The notes beneath the pieces were generated by a model, which had not been told where the DNA came from, did no database searches, and was given only the letters and a program-made list of their open reading frames with translations. Made by a program: the position numbers and the translations under genes. A DNA stretch of 64,000 bases from a bacterium. GTDB taxonomy: Bacteria; Patescibacteriota; Patescibacteriia; 2-01-FULL-39-33. Of this stretch, positions 47,501-56,887 are shown in pieces. Every line of letters begins with the position of its first letter. Positions within the stretch are counted from its first letter, which is position 1. The stretch spans positions 5,153 to 69,152 of the forward strand of contig JBAXTU010000001.1 of assembly GCA_037130015.1 (NCBI GenBank), in the 5' to 3' direction.

Positions 47501-49112
47501 CTCAAGCAATATATTTTTAGGTTCCAGTGCTCAGGTGTTTAATAATCCTGGTGATCCTAATACTATTATTATTCCCACAAATTCAATTGCTATTGGTACT
47601 AATGCTACAATTGGTGTCACCACTACCGCGGGTATAACCAATGCCATTGCTATTGGTGCTAATACTGTGGCCATGGCCTCTAATACTATGGTATTAGGAA
47701 ATGGAGTTAGTGTTGGTATTGGGACAAATAATCCATCTGCTAAACTGGATGTAAGAGGTGGAACTCTTGTTTTTGGTAATATCTATTCAATTGCTAATTT
47801 TAATGACGGGTCACAGCTAGCAGGTAATGGTAAGGGTCTTGTGGTTGGCTATGATTCATCAAAACAATCAACTGTTTTTTGGGCGAATTCAGTCGGTCCA
47901 TCTTCAAATTTTGCTTTTTGGACTTATGATAGTGATAGTACTACGTGGGCTGAAAGAATGACTATTTCGGGTAGTGGTGCTGTCAGTATTCCAGGAGCCT
48001 TAGCGGTTGATAGTTTTAAGCTTGCTACAGGCGCTTCAGTTGGCAATGTCATGACTTCCGATGTTAGTGGCAATGCCTCATGGTTGCCACCTAGCGGTGG
48101 TATAGTTAATGATGTTTATTCATATAATAGTAAAAACATCATGGTAGTTTCTACTACACGAGATAGTTATTTTTTTGGCGGAGCTGGTAACACTACTATG
48201 ACTGGTAACGGTAATACAGGTAGTGGTATGTATTCTCTTAGTTATGATACTACTGGAGGCTTTAATACGGCTTATGGTTATGGTGCTCTTTATCAAAATA
48301 CCACTGGTGGAAATAATGTTGCTGTTGGTGCTACTGCTCTTAGTAATAATACTAGTGGTAGTGGTAATGTAGGTATTGGTTTTAAAGCACTTATGCTTTT
48401 TAATTCTACTAGTGGTGGTAATGTAGGTATTGGTAATAATGCTGGTATGGGTATGGTGAAAGGCGCAAGTAATATTTTTTTAGGTGAGAATGCTCAAGTA
48501 TATAACGAGGCCATTGGCAATACTAATATTAATCCCACAAATTCAATTGCTATTGGTTCTTTGGCACAGATTGGTAATGCACTTACTACAAATATAGACA
48601 ATGCAACCGCTATTGGCTATGGCGCATTGGCAGTCGCATCTAATACTATGGTATTAGGAAATGGAGCTATTAGTGTTGGTATTGGAACAAGCACACCACA
48701 AAATGCATTGCATGTTTATAGTGCTACTGGCCAATCTTACATTTCAGCTGATGCTCCAGCTAATAGAGTGGCTGGTTTTAATATCAGAGAAAACGGAGTT
48801 GTTAAATGGTATATATCTAAATCAAACACCACCACTCCAGCAATTCAGAATGGTGCTTTAAATTTTGCCACTTCTTCAGGGAATGTAATGACATTAGCAC
48901 AAAATGGCAATGTTGGTATTGGCACTTCCACTCCAGCCTCAACGCTTGATGTTAAAGGGACTGTTCGTATAGAAAATAGAAATGTCGTGCCTGCTGTAGG
49001 AATGGGATGGGTTGTTTGTTATGTAAGGGGCACTAATGAATTAGGTCATTGCACTGGCACTGTTTCTGGTGGGGGACAATGTGCTTGTGTTTCTAATACT
49101 CCAGCGAAGTAA
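44595..49112 (+). CDS. Secreted fibre/adhesin 4 (1505 aa) with CBM-like domain and two YadA-head-like beta-roll blocks
   Basis: Signal peptide, Cys-rich N-terminus, multiple GIGT linkers, NLLVNGDFE, duplicated NxAxGxxAL / SIAIG repeat blocks. Confidence 0.7.
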   Translation: MMNKKLLTFLGIALIVLGFLLSSHSALALVCTTNTTKSGFYCSSLQNKSWCGNGTLNCDYEPVCSGANQTFTSSDCNSCTCSCTSGYTMCAGDCKISTGDCLPGQQWSPCMGKCVCDSNHCSNNGTCNIVIGSSCTVAFKPGHYNSSCSCVFETPPALLNINDANIYDLILNQGLTVLATTTLAGTNTFATTTVSNLTVNNLCLNNGCNSDWPISGGSNVWVSSGNIIYPTSTVSSVNIGTTTSFVNSRFNVLGNISAISNNYIANSGVGLYLGTFIENNGYVYGGSIIKNINTTNGDGNGFTLPRLGFFTSGVVNGSPAQIAERMSILSGGFVGIGTTTPDSLLTVVGSSWPSATVRLSNGTNTASILKVENDNGAFAELDTAGSGSNIYGLAPGDSILWAKNNLQFGAGGARDARLSISSNGNVGIGTTTPIAKLVVQTTAPSDGIALSDGSKYRAFLANNNSNGAIFGLNENTTLVVRLESNNTSYINNGYNFGIGTTDPKTKLDVQGGIVSANGYNLSDSATDNLLVNGDFEMNNMSGWSGNGVVTSTAGSYSGKYAMQITGSQQILSDDYIPVDPTRDIFQLDAWVKKTVIGGGLYFGYIAYNADKVEITTPPCGTYCYSAAAAYVVPVDSSWHKFSSTMVGEGTVFPNFPVGTKYIRVLGLMNYGGTGGPITLLDHVTLKRLVKGPLIAGNNFSSTGLVDQNQYSTLYTTASNNLIIGSPGNVGIGTTTPESKLHVAGQISTAPSLSGLAGAGLGLQFSNSLKIGIGSDPVSPYGGWFQVSNGIGSSFPLLLNPLGGNVGIGTTTPANKLTVQGGVQIVDGSQANGKVLTSDANGLASWQPAGGIINDVYLYNGARIITVSTTKNNYFFGGAGNTAMTGVNNMANGNGALLFNVSGRDNLANGFGALTNNVSGSNNVANGSGALYNNIIGSGNSAFGYNSLYNSLGGTNIAIGNYSGAGLQNGSSNIFLGSSAQVFNNPGDPNTIIIPTNSIAIGTNATIGVTTTAGITNAIAIGANTVAMASNTMVLGNGVSVGIGTNNPSAKLDVRGGTLVFGNIYSIANFNDGSQLAGNGKGLVVGYDSSKQSTVFWANSVGPSSNFAFWTYDSDSTTWAERMTISGSGAVSIPGALAVDSFKLATGASVGNVMTSDVSGNASWLPPSGGIVNDVYSYNSKNIMVVSTTRDSYFFGGAGNTTMTGNGNTGSGMYSLSYDTTGGFNTAYGYGALYQNTTGGNNVAVGATALSNNTSGSGNVGIGFKALMLFNSTSGGNVGIGNNAGMGMVKGASNIFLGENAQVYNEAIGNTNINPTNSIAIGSLAQIGNALTTNIDNATAIGYGALAVASNTMVLGNGAISVGIGTSTPQNALHVYSATGQSYISADAPANRVAGFNIRENGVVKWYISKSNTTTPAIQNGALNFATSSGNVMTLAQNGNVGIGTSTPASTLDVKGTVRIENRNVVPAVGMGWVVCYVRGTNELGHCTGTVSGGGQCACVSNTPAK

Positions 49113-49126
49113 ATAATTATCTTTAA

Positions 49127-50950
49127 ATGTGGCAAAAAAAACCAAAGCACAAAATAAAATATTTTTTACTGATAATTTTTTCAGCACTTTTTATAATTTC
49201 CGGTTTGTTGTTTTGGCATTTTCAGACGTCCCAAGCTGATCAAAGTGTTCCTTTTTATGGTTGGGTTTGGTCGGAAAATTATGGTTGGATTTCTCTGAAT
49301 TCCGACAATTGTGCTCAGATGTGTTTGGCTGATCCTGTTAATTGTGGTTGCACTAATGTTGGGCAATCCTATGGCATCAAAAAAAATCCAGATAAGACTA
49401 TTAATGGCTATGGTTGGTCAGAGTATATTGGTTGGGTTTGTTTTGGTGATACTTGTTCTGCAAATCCGCCATTTGATAGCACTTCCACTATGAGTATTGA
49501 TACTAATGGCAATATTTCAGGCTGGGCGCAAGTTTTGTCTATGGGTGAAGATGGTTGGATGAAGTTTGGCGGTTATAAAGGTTCTGTGCCGAATGGTCAG
49601 AACTATTCAGGAGAGGCTTGTTATGACTGTACAAAAAAATGTGGTGAGTGGACCACTACTTATTATGCAGATGGCACTACTAGTACCAGCTCGCCTTGTG
49701 TAGTTTATGTGCCTAATGAGTTTAGTAAATGTAATACTTGTTTTACAGCCACGAAATTTAATAATACTCCCTATGCTTCGGCTAATTTACCAGGTCAAAA
49801 GGACAGTGCAGTGGTTGGCGGAAGTGGCTATATGTGTAGTAGTTGTAATAATTGCCAAGTTGAAGGAAATACTGCCAGTGATCACTACCGAGTTAAATGC
49901 AGTGATTGCCAATCTGGTAATTGCTATATGTATGGCGTAGGCAGTGACACATCAAATAGTAACCAATTGGTTGGCTGGGGTTGGAGTGGCGGTAGTAATG
50001 GAGTTGGTTGGGTGCATTTTAATGGTGAAGTTGGTATAGTCAATCCTTGGCTAGAAACCAAATATGGTTCTATTTACAGTTCCAGTACAGTGGGACAAAA
50101 AGCCTCAAATCTTTCTTATAACGCCACTTATTGTATTTTTGCCAATAATTTACAGAATATTAATGTTATCAATGTGGCCAATTGTACAGAAGGCAATGTA
50201 GCTGATAGTAATCTGGGGTTTCCATCTTCGCCTGTCAGTACTGGTCAATATCAGAATGTTTTGGGTAAAATTGATGTTAAAGGCTTAATGACAACAGTAA
50301 AAGGAAGTTATAATAAATATGGTCAAGAGGTGGTGATGCTTGAAGATCCGAATGCTTTGCCGGACGTTTTGGATAATAAAATTTATGTAGTGAGTAGTAC
50401 TGGCCATGATCTTTCTTTATCAAATCCTAAAACTTTTAAAAATGGAACAGAGACTGAAAGAGGAAATGGACTGGTTATTGTTAAAGGGAATTTATTTATT
50501 GGTAATGATATTAGTTATGAATCAAACAGTCCCAGTGATTTAAAGCAATTAGCGTCTGTTGGCTGGTTGGTTTTGGGTGATGTGGTGGTGAGTCCGACAG
50601 TGAAAAATATTGTAGGCGCTTTTGTACTTTTGGGTGGTAAAAAAACAGATGGCAATCAAATTGATTGTAATAAAGACATTAAATTTGCAGATAATTTTCC
50701 GAAATATAAACAAAATGGTTGTGGCGCTTTCTTTTCATTTAATCCAGAGTATAAAGATACTACCAACTTTCCACTTAATGTTTACGGTTTGATTGTGTCC
50801 CATGCTTTTGATTTGCGTCGTACCTATACCAGTTTGTCACAAGGTTCGGAAAGTATTATTTACGATGGCCGTCTTTCGGTCAATCCGCCACCAGGCATGA
50901 CAGGTTTTGTTGAGGCCTTGCCGGTTATTAGAGATTTTGAATATAAATAA
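49127..50950 (+). CDS. Secreted Cys-rich protein with GWxWS..GWI repeats
   Basis: N-terminal TM/signal; GWVWSENYGWIS, GYGWSEYIGWV, GWAQV…GWMKF and GWGWSG…GWVHF repeats; multiple CxxC. Confidence 0.65.
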   Translation: MWQKKPKHKIKYFLLIIFSALFIISGLLFWHFQTSQADQSVPFYGWVWSENYGWISLNSDNCAQMCLADPVNCGCTNVGQSYGIKKNPDKTINGYGWSEYIGWVCFGDTCSANPPFDSTSTMSIDTNGNISGWAQVLSMGEDGWMKFGGYKGSVPNGQNYSGEACYDCTKKCGEWTTTYYADGTTSTSSPCVVYVPNEFSKCNTCFTATKFNNTPYASANLPGQKDSAVVGGSGYMCSSCNNCQVEGNTASDHYRVKCSDCQSGNCYMYGVGSDTSNSNQLVGWGWSGGSNGVGWVHFNGEVGIVNPWLETKYGSIYSSSTVGQKASNLSYNATYCIFANNLQNINVINVANCTEGNVADSNLGFPSSPVSTGQYQNVLGKIDVKGLMTTVKGSYNKYGQEVVMLEDPNALPDVLDNKIYVVSSTGHDLSLSNPKTFKNGTETERGNGLVIVKGNLFIGNDISYESNSPSDLKQLASVGWLVLGDVVVSPTVKNIVGAFVLLGGKKTDGNQIDCNKDIKFADNFPKYKQNGCGAFFSFNPEYKDTTNFPLNVYGLIVSHAFDLRRTYTSLSQGSESIIYDGRLSVNPPPGMTGFVEALPVIRDFEYK

Positions 50951-51011
50951 TTTTGGTTATTTATAAAAAATGTGTTAAAATATAATTAAGAAGTTATTAA
51001 CAGTTAAAAAA

Positions 51012-52142
51012 ATGGGATTATTTTCTTCAAACAAAACTAGTTATCTCGGAGTTGATTTGGGTTCGTCTTCAATCAAGGTGGTTGAATTGGCCAATAGCAA
51101 TGGGCGACCGCGACTGGTCACTTATGGTTTTACCGAAAAAAAATTGACTGACAATAATTTTATCAGCAGTAGTGATTTTTTGAATGCCGAAGACGAAATT
51201 GCCAAAACACTCATGGAAGTGTGCAATAAATCGCGTACTTTTTCCAAAAAAGCCGTAGCTGCTTTGCCTAGCTTTGCTGTATTTACTTCTATTTTGAATT
51301 TGCCTGAAATGTCCAAAAAAGAATTGGCTTCAGCTATTACTTGGGAAGCAAAAAAAATAATTCCTATGCCTTTGGAAGAAGTTATTTTGGATTGGAAAAT
51401 TATTTCTCAAGAAGAATATAAAAATGAAGACACTAAAGATCCGGCCGGAGAAGGGGATAACCAACAATTAAATCCTGTTAGTAAAATATTTTCTCATCCT
51501 ACTAAGGGTTTGAAAATTCTGCTCACTGGCGCCAGTAAAAGCTTGGTGCGCAAATATGTGAATATTTTTAATACGGCTGGCGTCTCTTTGCTGAGCTTAG
51601 AAACTGAAAATTTTGCCTTGGTGCGTTCGCTTATTGGCAATGATCAGGCAGTTATTATGATTGTTGATCTTGGAGCCAATTCTTCAAGTATTATGGTGGC
51701 TGAAAAAGGCATACCGGTTATGGCTAGAAGCGTGGAAATGGGAGGAACTCTTATTACTAAGGCTATTTCTAGCAGTCTTAATGTCAATTTGGACAGAGCC
51801 GAACAATTCAAACAGGACATGATGTTAGAAACAAATTCGGCCAGTAATTCTTTGCCACAAACAGTGGAAAAAGCTTTTGCTACAATTCTTAATGAAATTA
51901 AATATACGGTTGGTTTGTATCAAGAACAGCACAATCAAAAAATAGAAAAAATAATTTTGACCGGTGGTAGTGCAAATTTGGGAAATTTGACCGGTTATTT
52001 ATCAAAAGTTTTAAACATCAACGCTTATGTTGGCGATCCTTGGGCTAGAGTTATTTATCCTGTTGAATTAAAGCCGATTTTGGATCGTTTGGGTTCGCGT
52101 TTTTCTGTGGCCATAGGTTTGGCCATGCGCAACATTGAATAA
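51012..52142 (+). CDS. pilM: Type IV pilus assembly protein PilM
   Basis: LGVDLGSSSIKVVEL, IVDLGA, IILTGGSA and VAIGLAMR (actin-like fold). Confidence 0.93.
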   Translation: MGLFSSNKTSYLGVDLGSSSIKVVELANSNGRPRLVTYGFTEKKLTDNNFISSSDFLNAEDEIAKTLMEVCNKSRTFSKKAVAALPSFAVFTSILNLPEMSKKELASAITWEAKKIIPMPLEEVILDWKIISQEEYKNEDTKDPAGEGDNQQLNPVSKIFSHPTKGLKILLTGASKSLVRKYVNIFNTAGVSLLSLETENFALVRSLIGNDQAVIMIVDLGANSSSIMVAEKGIPVMARSVEMGGTLITKAISSSLNVNLDRAEQFKQDMMLETNSASNSLPQTVEKAFATILNEIKYTVGLYQEQHNQKIEKIILTGGSANLGNLTGYLSKVLNINAYVGDPWARVIYPVELKPILDRLGSRFSVAIGLAMRNIE

Positions 52143-52147
52143 TTTTT

Positions 52148-54118
52148 ATGGCCAGAATAAATCTTCTACCAGAAAATTTACGTGAGCAAGAGCAAAAAGA
52201 AATGGAGAAGACTGCCAGTCGTTCCAAAACTTTTAATGTGGAAATGACCAATCCTGAAATTCAAAAATCAAGATTAAATAAGAGCGACAAACCCAAGGAA
52301 TCATTTTTTAAAAAAATATCCAATGTTTTGGGTCCGGCTAAAACAGTTAAGCCAACAGACGACAGTCTAAGTTATCCGACTTTGCCACCATCTAGATTAT
52401 CATCAGCTGATATTGATTTATTAGCTTTGGCAAAAAAAGATCGTTTTTTACGTCAGCCAGTGCAGGTTTCTGGTCATAATTTTAATCGTGGAATAAAAAT
52501 AAAGTCAGCCGAAGACAAAACTTCATGGAAAGAAGATTTGGGAGTTCCAGAAGTATCAATGAGACAGATGTCCTCGGCTAATAATGCGTCTAATACCAGG
52601 CAAGAGCTTGTTGGTAAAAATTTTAATCCAAAAGTTGTTTTGAGAATGGACAAAGCCAGAAGATGGAATTTTCTTGATTGGCTTTTTGGAGGAAATATAG
52701 ATCAGCCGGCCAAGCCAACTATTCAATCTTTTGGAGAGATGAATGAAAAAAATTCTTCAAAAAATCATTTGATAAAAGCTAAGCCATCTGTTGTCAGAGA
52801 GTTTACAAAAGAACATTATTGGTGGAAAAATTTGTTTTCAGTTTTCGCAAAAACAGAAAAAAAACCGCATTTGCCTATTAAAATGCCAATCATGCCAAAA
52901 TTTCAGCCCCATCAGGCGCCAGTTAAGACAACTGTTGTGCCGTTAACCACAAATGCTGTTTCCAAGGCACCAGTTTTTCCTAAAATAACCAAATCAACAC
53001 AGCCAAAAGGCCAGAGTTGGTGGAGTGTTTTTATGTCTATGTTTGCGTCTAAGCCGAAAAAACCAAAATTACCAATCCATAATATGCAGTCATTGCCAAA
53101 ATTTCAGCCAAAAATGACGCCTATTAAGCCTGTGGTTGTGCCACACCCTGTTCATGTTGCGTCACTAAAACCAATTTTGCCAAAAAACATTAAGCCAAAA
53201 GGACCGAGTTGGTGGAGTAAATTAATGGCAAAATTTAAGGCCAAACCAAAAAAACCACAAATAATTCAAGAAAAAATAAAACCAATTTCTCATGATCTGC
53301 ATCATTATAATTCGGAAATAAAAGATTTAAAACCTCAATATAAATTTGAGACGCCAGCTAGTCATCATGAGCCAATCAAACACGAACAGGCAATTTTAGA
53401 TAAGCCGATTAATCATGACTTGCATCATTATAAACCAGAAGTAAAAGATTTAAATGTTCCGCCACCTTCGCCACTACATCAAGATAAGAAAAAAGTAGAA
53501 GCGCCTCATGTAGAAGCGCCTCACAAAAAAGAATTACCAGAAAAATTAAAAAAGTCACTGGTGGATATTAATTTTATTCCCGAGGATTTGTTGGCGATTA
53601 GTTATTACACTCCGATTTGGAAAACTTTAATTATTCTTTTGGCGGTTATTGTTCCGGCCTCAGCCGTGGTCGGCGCTTATTTTTGGATTGATAAAGAAAG
53701 TCAAAAAGTAAAAAGTGATTTGTTAGTTTCTGAAAAAGTATTAAATGATTTGAATTTTAGTTTATCTGATTATCAAAAGAAAACTAATCAATTAAAAAAC
53801 AGATTAACTACTCTTCAAGGTTTATTAAATTCGCACATCCGTTGGACTAAGTTTTTTACCGCTCTGGAAAAATATACTCTTGACGGTGTTTATTATGGCA
53901 ATTTTTCAGCTGACACTTCTGGACAAGTTGTTTTGCCAGCCACAGCCAAAGATTATGGCACTTTAGCCAGTCAAATTGTCGCTTTAAAAAATGCTACTGA
54001 TTTTGTCAGTGAAGTTAAAGTTGATAATATAAGTATGAAGTCAGACAATAGAGCTGGTATTATCGGAGTTAGTTTTCAGTTAAAAATGGTTTTAGCTGAT
54101 AAATTTTTTACCAAATAA
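52148..54118 (+). CDS. pilN: PilN-like protein with ~470-aa low-complexity cytoplasmic insertion
   Basis: N-terminal INLLP, second INFIP before the TM, coiled coil and C-terminal ferredoxin-like pattern; between pilM and pilO. Confidence 0.7.
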   Translation: MARINLLPENLREQEQKEMEKTASRSKTFNVEMTNPEIQKSRLNKSDKPKESFFKKISNVLGPAKTVKPTDDSLSYPTLPPSRLSSADIDLLALAKKDRFLRQPVQVSGHNFNRGIKIKSAEDKTSWKEDLGVPEVSMRQMSSANNASNTRQELVGKNFNPKVVLRMDKARRWNFLDWLFGGNIDQPAKPTIQSFGEMNEKNSSKNHLIKAKPSVVREFTKEHYWWKNLFSVFAKTEKKPHLPIKMPIMPKFQPHQAPVKTTVVPLTTNAVSKAPVFPKITKSTQPKGQSWWSVFMSMFASKPKKPKLPIHNMQSLPKFQPKMTPIKPVVVPHPVHVASLKPILPKNIKPKGPSWWSKLMAKFKAKPKKPQIIQEKIKPISHDLHHYNSEIKDLKPQYKFETPASHHEPIKHEQAILDKPINHDLHHYKPEVKDLNVPPPSPLHQDKKKVEAPHVEAPHKKELPEKLKKSLVDINFIPEDLLAISYYTPIWKTLIILLAVIVPASAVVGAYFWIDKESQKVKSDLLVSEKVLNDLNFSLSDYQKKTNQLKNRLTTLQGLLNSHIRWTKFFTALEKYTLDGVYYGNFSADTSGQVVLPATAKDYGTLASQIVALKNATDFVSEVKVDNISMKSDNRAGIIGVSFQLKMVLADKFFTK

Positions 54119-54127
54119 TTTTTGTTT

Positions 54128-54757
54128 ATGTTAACTAATACAGACGAACAGAACCCAAAAGACAAGGCCAAGAGTGGACGCAAAAAAAAGCGCCTAGGTA
54201 TGATTATTAATAAATATTTTATTTTTATTGCTTTTGGTTTATTTCTTGTAGTTTTAATAGTCGGATATTTTTTGATGCTTAAAGACAATTATGCCAGCTT
54301 GAATCAGGCTCAAGATAAATTATCCCAAGCTAAAAGCGCGGTTATGTTTTTGTCAAAAGAACATCAAGCCATGATAGATAGCCAAGCGCAATCTCCACTG
54401 CTTTCGCCAACAGAAGATCGTTTATTCTCTTTAGCTTTACCAAAAAGTTTTGATTTGCCATCGGCTATTATCCAATTGACCGAGCTTTGTAAGGCCACTG
54501 GTTTTATGGTGACAAAAGTAGATGTGATTGAAAATAATTTAGTTGCAACTAGTGCTTCAGGGCAAAAAGTCGGCAAAGCCAATTTGTCACTCAGCGTGGT
54601 TGGTGGTGACTATGATGCTTGGAAAAGATTGCTTTTGGCCTTGGAACAAAGCGTGATGATTGTTGATGTTAGTAGTATTGATTTTAATTCGCAAAGCGCT
54701 AATTATAAATTAAATTTGACCGCTTACTATTATCCGGATACTGATACTAAACAATAA
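54128..54757 (+). CDS. pilO: PilO-like protein
   Basis: TM, coiled coil, ALP…, GGDYDAWKRLLLALEQ…; operon position. Confidence 0.7.
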   Translation: MLTNTDEQNPKDKAKSGRKKKRLGMIINKYFIFIAFGLFLVVLIVGYFLMLKDNYASLNQAQDKLSQAKSAVMFLSKEHQAMIDSQAQSPLLSPTEDRLFSLALPKSFDLPSAIIQLTELCKATGFMVTKVDVIENNLVATSASGQKVGKANLSLSVVGGDYDAWKRLLLALEQSVMIVDVSSIDFNSQSANYKLNLTAYYYPDTDTKQ

Positions 54758-54761
54758 TTTT

Positions 54762-55058
54762 ATGAAAAAAATCAGAAGCATAATTATTTTTTTAGGATTG
54801 ATAGCCATTGTTATTTTGGCTAGTATTTTGGTGTGGTTAAATTGGTCTGAGGTTGTTAATTTTTTAGCCAGTCCGCAAAATCAGGTTGTACCAATTAAAC
54901 AAAAAACAAATCAAGATGCTGTTTTACGAGAAATGAAAAATACGACTATGCCAAAAATAGAAGGATTTAGGCAATATGGTGAGTGGCCACTTTCACAAGT
55001 GCCACTAAGTGAAGGTAGGGGTAATCCTTTTTTGGAAAAAACAGCGACCACAAGATAA
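54762..55058 (+). CDS. Short PilP-like protein
   Basis: TM plus C-terminal GRGNPF (compare the RDPF motif of PilP); follows pilO. Confidence 0.5.
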   Translation: MKKIRSIIIFLGLIAIVILASILVWLNWSEVVNFLASPQNQVVPIKQKTNQDAVLREMKNTTMPKIEGFRQYGEWPLSQVPLSEGRGNPFLEKTATTR

Positions 55059-55108
55059 TAAAATAATTTTGGAGGCAATTGTATAAATTGCCTCTGTGTG
55101 AATATATA

Positions 55109-56857
55109 ATGGTGTTTAATAGCTCTGAAAAAAAAATTAAGGACTTCCTGTTGCAAAAAAAATTGGTTAGCGTTTCAAAAATGGCCGAAATTGAAGATAA
55201 GGTCAGAAGGAATGATAAAACATTGGAAGATACCTTGGTTCAAGAAAAAGTGTTTACCTCTAAGGATTTTAATAATCTGAAAGGGGAAGTTTTTGGTTTA
55301 CCAGTCGTTGATTTATCGGAATTAACCATTGAATCTGCTGTGCTTAATATACTCACCCAAAAAGTGGCTCAAAATTATCAAATGGTGATTTTTGCCAAAC
55401 GCAAAATGGAAGTGAGTGTGGGCATGGTACGGCCGGATGATTTTCAGGCGCATGAAGCGGTGGAATTTTTGTGCAATAGCCAAGGATTTAGGCCAAAATA
55501 TTTTGTTATTTCAGCTCAGGATTGCCGTACGATTTTGAATCAATATAGTGGTTTCAAAAAAGAAATCGGTTCGGCTGTGGCCGCGGCTGAAGAAAAATTC
55601 GCCAAAAAAGAAAAATTAGTTTCTCAACGCGGAGATTCTAATGAAAATATGGGCGAAGTTATTAAAAGCGCGCCCGTGGCTAAAATTGTTTCGGTGATTT
55701 TCAAGCATGCTCTTGAGGGTGGTGCCAGTGATATTCATATTGAACCAGGCTTTAATGAAGGTAGAGTGCGTTATCGTGTTGATGGTATGCTTCGTACTTC
55801 TCTGACTTTACCAAACTATTTATACCCGGCGGTTATTTCTCGTATCAAGGTATTGGCGAATTTAAAACTTGATGAAATGCGTTTGCCTCAAGACGGACGT
55901 ATTCGCACCAAAGTAGATGATCAGGATGTTGATTTGCGTGTTTCAGTTTTACCAACTATTGATCAGGAAAAGGTGGTGATTCGTGTTTTTGACAGCTCAA
56001 CTGGCGTGCCGACTTTGGCTGAACTAGGCTTTAATGAAAATCATATCAGTATTATTGAACGCAATATCAAAAAGCCGTATGGTTTATTTTTACTCACTGG
56101 CCCGACAGGCAGTGGCAAAACAACTACTTTATATTCTGTTTTGAATATGATCAATGCCGAGACCACTAATATTGTCACACTGGAAGATCCGGTTGAATAT
56201 TATATTGATGGCATTAGCCAGTCGCAGATTAATGCTGATATTGGTTTTACTTTTGTCAGCGGACTGCGCGCTGTTTTGCGTCAAGATCCCAATATTATCA
56301 TGGTTGGAGAAATCAGGGATAATGACACAGTGGAACTAGTCATTCATGCTGGACTGACCGGGCATTTGGTTTTTTCCACTCTGCACACTAATAACGCTTG
56401 GGGTGCTATTCCGCGATTAGTAGATATGAAAGCCGAGCCGTTTTTATTGTCTTCTACTCTCAATTTAGTGATGGCTCAACGCTTGGTTCGCAAGATTTGT
56501 CCTGATTGTAAAGAAGAAATAAAATTAACACCAAATATTTTGGCAAAAATTCAGGATAAAATTGATACTATTCCACCGGTTTATTTGGAAGGAATAAAAA
56601 AGACCACTTTTTATAAGGGCAAGGGCTGTCAAAGTTGCAGTAATAGCGGTTATTCAGGGCGTATGGTAGTGGGAGAAATTCTAGAAATGGACAGTGCTAT
56701 GAAAGATTTGATTTCCACCAACTATAATAGCAGTGCCAATTTGGAAGAAGCTCTGAAACATCAAAATTTTATTTCTTTGACACAAGACGCAGTACTCAAA
56801 GCCCTGCAAGGATTTACCACAGTGGAAGAGGTGATTAGGGTTTCGCAAGAACAATAG
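55109..56857 (+). CDS. pilB: Type IV pilus extension ATPase PilB/GspE
   Basis: ASDIHIEP, RLPQDGR, GPTGSGKTT, TLEDPVE, LRQDPNIIMVGEIRD, TGHLVFSTLHTN and CPDC/CQSC. ATG 55109 is preferred over TTG 55079. Confidence 0.95.
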   Translation: MVFNSSEKKIKDFLLQKKLVSVSKMAEIEDKVRRNDKTLEDTLVQEKVFTSKDFNNLKGEVFGLPVVDLSELTIESAVLNILTQKVAQNYQMVIFAKRKMEVSVGMVRPDDFQAHEAVEFLCNSQGFRPKYFVISAQDCRTILNQYSGFKKEIGSAVAAAEEKFAKKEKLVSQRGDSNENMGEVIKSAPVAKIVSVIFKHALEGGASDIHIEPGFNEGRVRYRVDGMLRTSLTLPNYLYPAVISRIKVLANLKLDEMRLPQDGRIRTKVDDQDVDLRVSVLPTIDQEKVVIRVFDSSTGVPTLAELGFNENHISIIERNIKKPYGLFLLTGPTGSGKTTTLYSVLNMINAETTNIVTLEDPVEYYIDGISQSQINADIGFTFVSGLRAVLRQDPNIIMVGEIRDNDTVELVIHAGLTGHLVFSTLHTNNAWGAIPRLVDMKAEPFLLSSTLNLVMAQRLVRKICPDCKEEIKLTPNILAKIQDKIDTIPPVYLEGIKKTTFYKGKGCQSCSNSGYSGRMVVGEILEMDSAMKDLISTNYNSSANLEEALKHQNFISLTQDAVLKALQGFTTVEEVIRVSQEQ

Positions 56858-56887
56858 TATATAATAATTAATTATTTGAATAATTCT

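Noticed and set aside
38868-49112. Prophage tail-fibre cluster
   Set aside because: All four proteins have Sec-type signal peptides, and no capsid, terminase, portal or integrase genes are nearby.
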